DNA of 55,831 nt, filler included, from Catajapyx aquilonaris (taxonomy: Eukaryota), in NCBI GenBank assembly GCA_000934665.2. It is 2 parts of 2 records of this genome, joined end to end, with 100 filler letters (N's around TTAATTAATTAA, not from the genome) between each part and the next. Parts side by side here need not be neighbours in the genome. Positions count along the whole stretch, not along the records: positions 27,921 to 55,831 come from KZ539264.1; 1 more part is not named here. The stretch is one strand, 5' to 3'. This document shows positions 49,403 to 55,831 of this stretch, in pieces. Each line of letters opens with the position of its first letter. The stretch's first letter is position 1. A program made the position numbers and the translations under genes. A model generated the notes under the pieces. That model ran no database searches and had not been told where the DNA came from. It saw only the letters and a program-made list of their open reading frames with translations.

Positions 49403-50445
49403 ATCAAAGGCAGCTAAGTCAAAAAAAAAAAAAACTGGTTGTAAAATCAGCAAAAACTGCTGATTGCTTAACTTTCACTGGTACAATCTTGAATCTTCTT
49501 GTGTCCATATGTTGCCATGGCTCAGCTACATACGCAAAGGTACAATTAATACCAAATGACATTAAAATACATTATAGCTGGACGTATTTCGGTTACACCC
49601 CCCAAAAAATGGACTTAGCCGCCGTTGATCTGAGACCCCTCAAATAAGTCAAAAGAAATATATTCACACGCGCCTGTGAGTCGGTATATCGTATATGGAG
49701 TTGTATGGATGGTATCTGAAATTGAATCTAGATACAATGTCGAATGAGTATCTAGTACAGTATCTAGATGGAAATATTTCCAAGTATCTAGTTCTAGTAT
49801 CTTATCTAGATATTTTTTGAAAGTATCTTCCCCAACACTGCTTAGTACATTAAGCATTATTATGTTAATCACTGCACCATCATACAGTACATCCTGCTGT
49901 AAAATTAACAACACTGTTACAATTTTACAACGTATTGCACCAAAGACTGCAGTTTTAATGAACTGAATGGGTTGGAAAGGTGTTCATAACCTGCAGTTGA
50001 TAATTTGGCAATACAGTCAGATTGTGACTAGATGAGTCCCAATTATGGTGCATGCCAGATTGCACCAGTGAAATCAGATTGTAATTTGAGGGTCTAGCAG
50101 ATGTTATCGAATGTTAGCAGAAATTAGCCAACAATTCATCTTCAGTCGTGCAACATGGCCTAAGCAGTAGAAAGGCCTGCATTTACTTCTTCTGAAGTGT
50201 CCACGAGCATTATTGTTCACCACACCATTGCAGGCCACTTCAGATTTGTATTTCGTTGTTATTGTTTTCACAACAATCAATAGCAATGCAATAGCAGTCA
50301 TTAAACTTTACAGGCTTTGACACTATTTGCCCTAATACATCCATCTGTAACGGGCAAGAATTCTCGGACAACTAAGGTGTACTGGGCAAATCTGATCACA
50401 ACCAGTTCCACTGTAAGTTCCTGTGAAGGTAATATGTGAACTTAC

Positions 50446-50531
50446 TTGTTTTGATAGGAACGGCCCTTAATATTGTCACTGAAAGAGTTGAAGACAGCTT
50501 CATACTTCTCTCTACTCCAAAGAAGCCATGC
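50446..50531 (-). CDS. GNPTAB: GNPTAB coding exon 2
   Basis: tttttag|AWLLWSREKYEAVFNSFSDNIKGRSYQN(K)|gtaag, 86 nt, phase 0 to 2. Similar to human [29 protein letters not shown]. Confidence 0.92.
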
Positions 50532-51241
50532 CTAAAAACAAGTGTTCACATTTGTAATTAATGACACTCAAAAATAATCACACTAATTGCATAGATAAAA
50601 ATAAAGTGAATTTCATTTGAAGAATCTTCTGGCATGTACTTGTAGGTGACTTTAATTAACCTGCAGTGGGAGATTGTTTGGAGGTACAGTATATGTAATC
50701 AGAATAATGTACTTCCAGGTATACCTCAAACAACCTCCAGAAACAAACCTCATTCAAACCTTACCACAAGATATTTCCAACAAGTCTTGAATATGACTTT
50801 TCTATGTAATAAAACATTGAAATTTACATTGCAAACCTCTCACCAAATGCACATGAAATTTTATTACTAATACATTTTCCCCCAACATGACAGTATCTTC
50901 AAAATATCCCCAAGGTTGTAAAACGCTACCTGATGATGAATCAATCCATGCACATGTGGATTCGACTTCCTTGTTTGTGCTGAATATTTCCCATAATGTA
51001 CTCTTCATTGAACCAAAAAGGTCAAAATCACTTGGTATAAAATAATTACAGTCTACCTTGTGATGAATCTTAGTGGGTTTGCAACCCCTGGCCCATGGGG
51101 TAGCTACTGATAACCTTGTGTTCCTCTAGGGTGGGCATAGTCACACTCTGGGAGATATTTGTTTTACTTCTGCTGCTCAAGCCATATTTTATGGATGAAA
51201 AACCCCAAGGGCTTTCAAGTGGATATTTCATTATTCTAATA

Positions 51242-52993
51242 CAGGGTGTATCAGAGTCACGGGTCAAGCACGCGCAAAGGGGTGGGAAAAAATTGTAGGT
51301 GGCGATAACCCCGGTCGGTTTTATAAAACAATTAGAAATAAGGGAGTAATCAATTTATTTATTACAGCGTGACGTCACATCCTTTCCGTTCGAATTGAGA
51401 GGCGCGGAAAGATGAGTACGGTGCGTACAGAGGCTCTCTAGCCGTGCCGGTTGCACTGAACAAGGCGCTCTCATGCTCTTCCGCCTTCCCACTCAAAGCA
51501 TGGGGCTGTGCTTGGACCTCCGCAACCCCTCTTCGTGACCTGCCCATGCAACGGTGCACCAAGAAATGGCGGAGGATATCGAGCACCGATGTCTCTGTAC
51601 AAGTTACTGGCAGGAATTACAGTACCCATACCGTGTAGACGTCATCCTCATCGAAAAATCGCAAATAATGTTTCTTGCGGTGGACAGACGGCTGCGTGAG
51701 GCGTCAGGTACATACAGTTTGTACAGCGTGTTGTACACCTGTACTGTAGTACAGCACTGCACTGGCGGGATAATGCCTGGGTACAGTAGTGTATGGTACT
51801 GTAACAGTACTGTATCGCACAATGCACCTCAGACCGCACGTACCATGGCAATATTAGGAAGACATTCTGGATATGGTAGCCATGGACCCATCGATCAGCA
51901 CCCGTGAAGTCGGTATGCGTACTGACAGCAAATGCTGGAACTGGCAGCCACTCGCTAGGATGCTGTCATGGTGATCCTTCACACATTGGAATGAACGCTG
52001 TGGACTCTACGACCGACTTCACGGGTGCTGATCGATGGGTCCATGGCTACCATGTCCAGAACGTCTTCCTCCATTGCCATGGTACGTGCGGTCTGAGGTG
52101 CATTGTGCGATACAGTACTGTTACAGTACCGTACACTACTGTACACAGGCATTATCCAGCCAGTGCAGTGCTGTACTACATTGCAGGTGTACAACACACT
52201 CTACTAACTACATGCCGGCGCCGGTGGACTAGTAGTTAGCACACTCGCCTCTGGTCCCAAAGTTGCGGGTTCAAACCCGGCCGAGGTCGGTGACTTTTCT
52301 TTGGGTGGTAGAAAAGTGAGAGTGCGCCTTCCTTCGGAGGGGAAGTAAAGCTGCCGGTCCCGTGTGCTTGTGACATTGTGCGAGTGCACGTTAAAGATCC
52401 CCAGAGTGGCCAAATTTCGACCATCCCCTGGCGTCTGTGTTGAGCCTAGCGGCAGAAATAGGCCTCCATTAAGCCCCCACTAAAGTGTACTAACTACATA
52501 CCTGACGTATCTTGCCTGGCTCGCAATGTACCGGCCTCAAGCAGCCGTCTGTCCACTGCAAGAAACATTATTCGCGATTTTCCGATGAGGATGACATCTA
52601 CACGGTATGTGTACTGTAATTCCTGCCTGTACACTTGTACAGAGACATCGGTGCTCGACATCCTCCACCATTTCCCGGTGCACTGTTGCATGGGCAGGTC
52701 GTGAAGAGGGGTTGCCGAGGTCCAAGCACGGCCTCATGCTTTGCATGGGAAGGCGGGAGAGTATGAGAGCGCCTTGTTCACTGCAACCGGCATGGTTAGA
52801 GAGCCGCTGTACGCACCATACTCGTCTTTCCGCGCCTCTCAATTCGAACGGAAAGGATGTGACGTTACGCCGTAATCAAAAATCGATTACTCTCTTATTT
52901 TTAATTGTTTTATAAAACCGACCGGGGTTATCGCCACATACGATTTTTCCCCACCCCTCGCGCGCACTTGACCCGTGACTCTGATACACCCTG
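51242..52993. mobile_element. Large foldback Tc1/mariner-derived element
   Basis: TIR cagggtgtatcagagtcacgggtcaag / cttgacccgtgactctgatacaccctg; arms of about 660 bp; remnant MEEDVLDMVAMDPSISTREVGRRV. Confidence 0.9.
52214..52487 (+). mobile_element. tRNA-derived SINE, Deu/Nin-domain-like, nested in the foldback arm
   Basis: 12-bp TSD tactaactacat (52202-52213 and 52488-52499); absent from the opposite arm. Confidence 0.88.
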
Positions 52994-53041
52994 TGTATTC
53001 TACAGTGGAAGCAGAAAAAAACCATATTTTCTATTAATTAA

Positions 53042-55075
53042 CCATTTTGGCCCCAGCCACCTAGAATCTAGGCGATGAGAACTCGACCGCATAGTACCAG
53101 CTATACTCGCCATCGCCTAGCTTTCCGCTTACGTGTGCACTGAAGATAAGAACAAGATTTTTTACAAATAATAACAGCTATAGATACTTACCTGTCCATG
53201 GAAAACACTATGAAAGTGTTGTTAACAATTGAGGCCCCTCCCTGTATGAGGAGACAGGGAGGTGAAATAAATGATGATGATGATGAACAATTGAGGCGCT
53301 CAGAGGAAAATTTGGTTCTGAAATAGGTAGCCTGGTTTTGATATTGGCCTACTTACTTATTGCAGTATGATTTACTGCGATCTGTACTTACGAACGGGCT
53401 CCCAAGGCTCCCCATGAGGATATTTGATAATTATCCCTCCGCTTTCAATCACTTCTGCGTACGTTGACTGACACCAAGTTCAACATATTATGTACCCGAC
53501 ACTACACACTGGTTTGCTGCTATAAATTAATAAATAACATATTTTCAAAATCTACGGATGTAAGACAAAGTTTCTGTTTTTTTGTTTGCCCATGGCAACG
53601 GGATTTTGTTGGTATGATTACCATGAAACGGGTTGTGCGAAGAACGGGCTCCGCTGCTAGTACAGTATACAGAATAACAATCTTGAGAAGCGTGCCAGAT
53701 GAATTTGCTGAAATCATCATACTTTTCGAGAAATAAGCAAACTTGGGAGTTATTCGAAGTGACAGGCAAGTCGGAGAAAAGTATTAATTGATTTCTCGTT
53801 ATGTACAACGATTTTAACAGTCTTCTGGCATGGTTCTCAAGATTGTTATTCGGTATATTTTAATGTATTTCATAATTAAATCAGCCTAACAGTTGGCCGG
53901 TAGTACTTGGATTTTCATCTTTTACAGCGATCTTTTTGAAAATTAATTTACAGACTTATAGCCAAGGAAAATTGTTTCCAATACATATGTTGTGTTTTGC
54001 ATGAACAGGTAAGTATAGCTGTTACTATTTATAAAAATATATTGCCCTCACCTTCAGAGTACTTGTAAGTTGAACAGGAGGGAAAATCTAGGCAGAATTC
54101 TAGGCAGAAAATGGGTATACTGTGCGACGATCTTTTGGAAATAAATTTACGGACTTCTATGGGAGTAAAATGGTTTCCAACACATGCACTGTATAGACAC
54201 AGCGGTTCTCTAACTTTTTCCAGATTGTACCCCTTGGCCATTACTAAAAGTCTAATGTACCCCCACGATAACATGTTCAAAAATAATAGGTTTTAACATT
54301 TTTGACTACCTGGTGAATTTTTTTAGTTGGGCAGTTTTAATAAGTTATGTTTAAGAATCCCAAATTTTAGCCTAAACAATATCTCTTATTGAAAATCGAT
54401 ATGATCAGTTGAAAATATAAAATGAAAATAACAATATTTTATGGTCAAAAGAATGCAGATTGGATATTTTTATTGAAGACTTAATTAAAAAACAACGGAC
54501 ATGAAATAAACCAAAACACAAAATGTTATGATAAAAAATACCTGCCGGTTGGTGCTGCCCAGATTCAGCACTGCTTGAATTCTGGCAGCCGTGGCATGCA
54601 TGCGTGACGTGCATGGCGTGGTGGCAGTTGCCCTCCCGTTCCCTCATTTGCGCAGGCCTAACTTTCACAGTGCTCCCAGCCACACCAACTTCGCTGGGAC
54701 CACCAGCAAAGGGATGGCTAAAATGCACCCGAAAAAAGGCCTTAACCACCCATGAGAACACCCCTATCCCACTCTGATGCCACATTCTAAAGGCTATCCA
54801 AAAAATCCTGTCGCCTCAAAATTTCCCACATCATTTTATTTCTCCATTGTTTTCCCTTCAGAGCTGCTCGCGTACCCCCTGAAAGTCACGCGTGTACCCG
54901 TGGGGGTACGCGTATCACAGTTTGAGTAAAAGTATAGCTGTTATTATTTGTAAAACGCCTTGTCCTTATTCGCAAGTGGAATGAAAGCGAAAAGAATCTA
55001 GCAAATGGAGGTGTAGCTGGTACCTGGCAGTCGAGTTCTCATCGCCTAGATTCTATTTGGCTGGGGCCGACGGAG
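53042..55075. mobile_element. piggyBac-like non-autonomous element with nested insertions
   Basis: TTAA at 53038-53041 and 55076-55079; inverted ends ggccccagcca..tagaatctaggcgatgagaactcgac; internal similarity to 31430-32148. Confidence 0.75.
53236..53285 (+). mobile_element. 50-bp 3' tail of a non-LTR retroelement (also at about 19598-19649)
   Basis: ccctgtatg.ggagacagggaggtgaaataaa(tga)n with TSD aacaattgaggc. Confidence 0.75.
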
Positions 55076-55226
55076 TTAAATACCCTCGCATAGCCTGTGG
55101 TAAACCTGAGGAAAACCTCCAATGCAACCATAAATTCTCCTAAGAACATTAATGTTTAATAAAGACATAACTATTGAATTTTTAAATTTTGATTTAATTA
55201 AATTATTCCATCAACTCCTTCCTAAC

Positions 55227-55352
55227 CTCTCCAAACTGCAGAGCGGAAACGACGATAACGAAGAGGGCTAGAAGCAGGAGTATTGCGGAGTATTTGTAAG
55301 ACAGCAGGTCATAGGTGCGCTTCTGCACCACCTTGAAGAGCCTCTGCAGCAT
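55227..55352 (-). CDS. GNPTAB: GNPTAB coding exon 1 (cytosolic tail + TM1)
   Basis: Manual translation gives MLQRLFKVVQKRTYDLLSYKYSAILLLLALFVIVVSALQFGE, ending at donor GAG|gttagg. It resembles the human N-terminus MLFKLLQRQTYTCLSHRYG...VSAFQFGE. Not in the ORF track. Confidence 0.93.
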
Positions 55353-55489
55353 GTCTCGAGGAGCACGAGGGTAGACACGCATCTGGATCCCTCATCCTCT
55401 TCTGGTTTCAACACATTTTCACGCCCCGAGACCTGTGAAAAGGGAATACCCGGCAAAAATGATCATTTCGCACGCAGTAGAGCAGTAGA

Positions 55490-55831
55490 GGATGTGGGCA
55501 TCGCCATCTTGAATCAGACATCTTGAAGCGGAGGTGCCAGCTATTATTTTGCAATTGTTTCATATACAAAGAAATTATGCAGCAACATAAATTTAAGGAA
55601 CCATTATATAAAGCTAACTTGGATTATTATTTAAAATTTAGAGGTCGACTTGCTCAGTGACAGACAACCGAAACATGTCTTTACTTTCCTCACTGGTCAA
55701 AGTAGCGTATGCTATTACTTTTAGTCGGGTTTTAACAAACGTCTGGCCAGAGGAACATGGCTCTTCTATCCGGCCAATCACAGACGGGCGCTCCCCCGCG
55801 CCACAGGAGAAGTGTGGCAGGGCCTTGTACT
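55490..55831 (-). promoter_or_regulatory. Probable GNPTAB promoter / 5' region
   Basis: Upstream of the start codon. Contains a YY1-like gccatcttg (about 55503-55511), a ccaat (about 55774) and a CpG-richer patch. Confidence 0.4.

Larger units (their letters stand above)
46817..49840. mobile_element. hAT-type non-autonomous element with nested insertions
   Basis: Ends cagtgatgg... / ...ccaacactg, 8-bp TSD cttactac/cttagtac (1 mismatch), subterminal gtatctagatac repeats at both ends. Confidence 0.78.

Overview
This is eukaryotic, repeat-rich genomic DNA, most likely from an arthropod (GT-AG introns, an interstitial (TTAGG)n tract, tRNA-derived SINEs, many MITEs). An artificial join (44 N + TTAATTAATTAA + 44 N, 27821-27920) splits the window, so the two halves may not be neighbours. 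The right half holds 12 minus-strand coding exons of a vertebrate-like GNPTAB (GlcNAc-1-phosphotransferase alpha/beta; 55352 to 30832). Its last exons (Stealth CR4 and C-terminal TM) were not found, and its introns contain foldback elements and a nested hAT > Sola > TTAGG stack. The left half holds a divergent minus-strand two-HMG-box gene (exons 19260-19394 and 14915/14939-15289, with a (KG)n linker). It is followed by an ankyrin-repeat exon and a chain of small low-complexity exon candidates, all compatible in phase 0 and embedded in locally duplicated exon-flank modules. Together these suggest an unusual HMG-HMG-ankyrin chimeric gene built by local duplication and exon shuffling; this is inference from splice signals and needs transcript evidence. 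Helitron/Helentron, Transib, mariner, Tigger, hAT, piggyBac-like and Sola-like remnants are also present.
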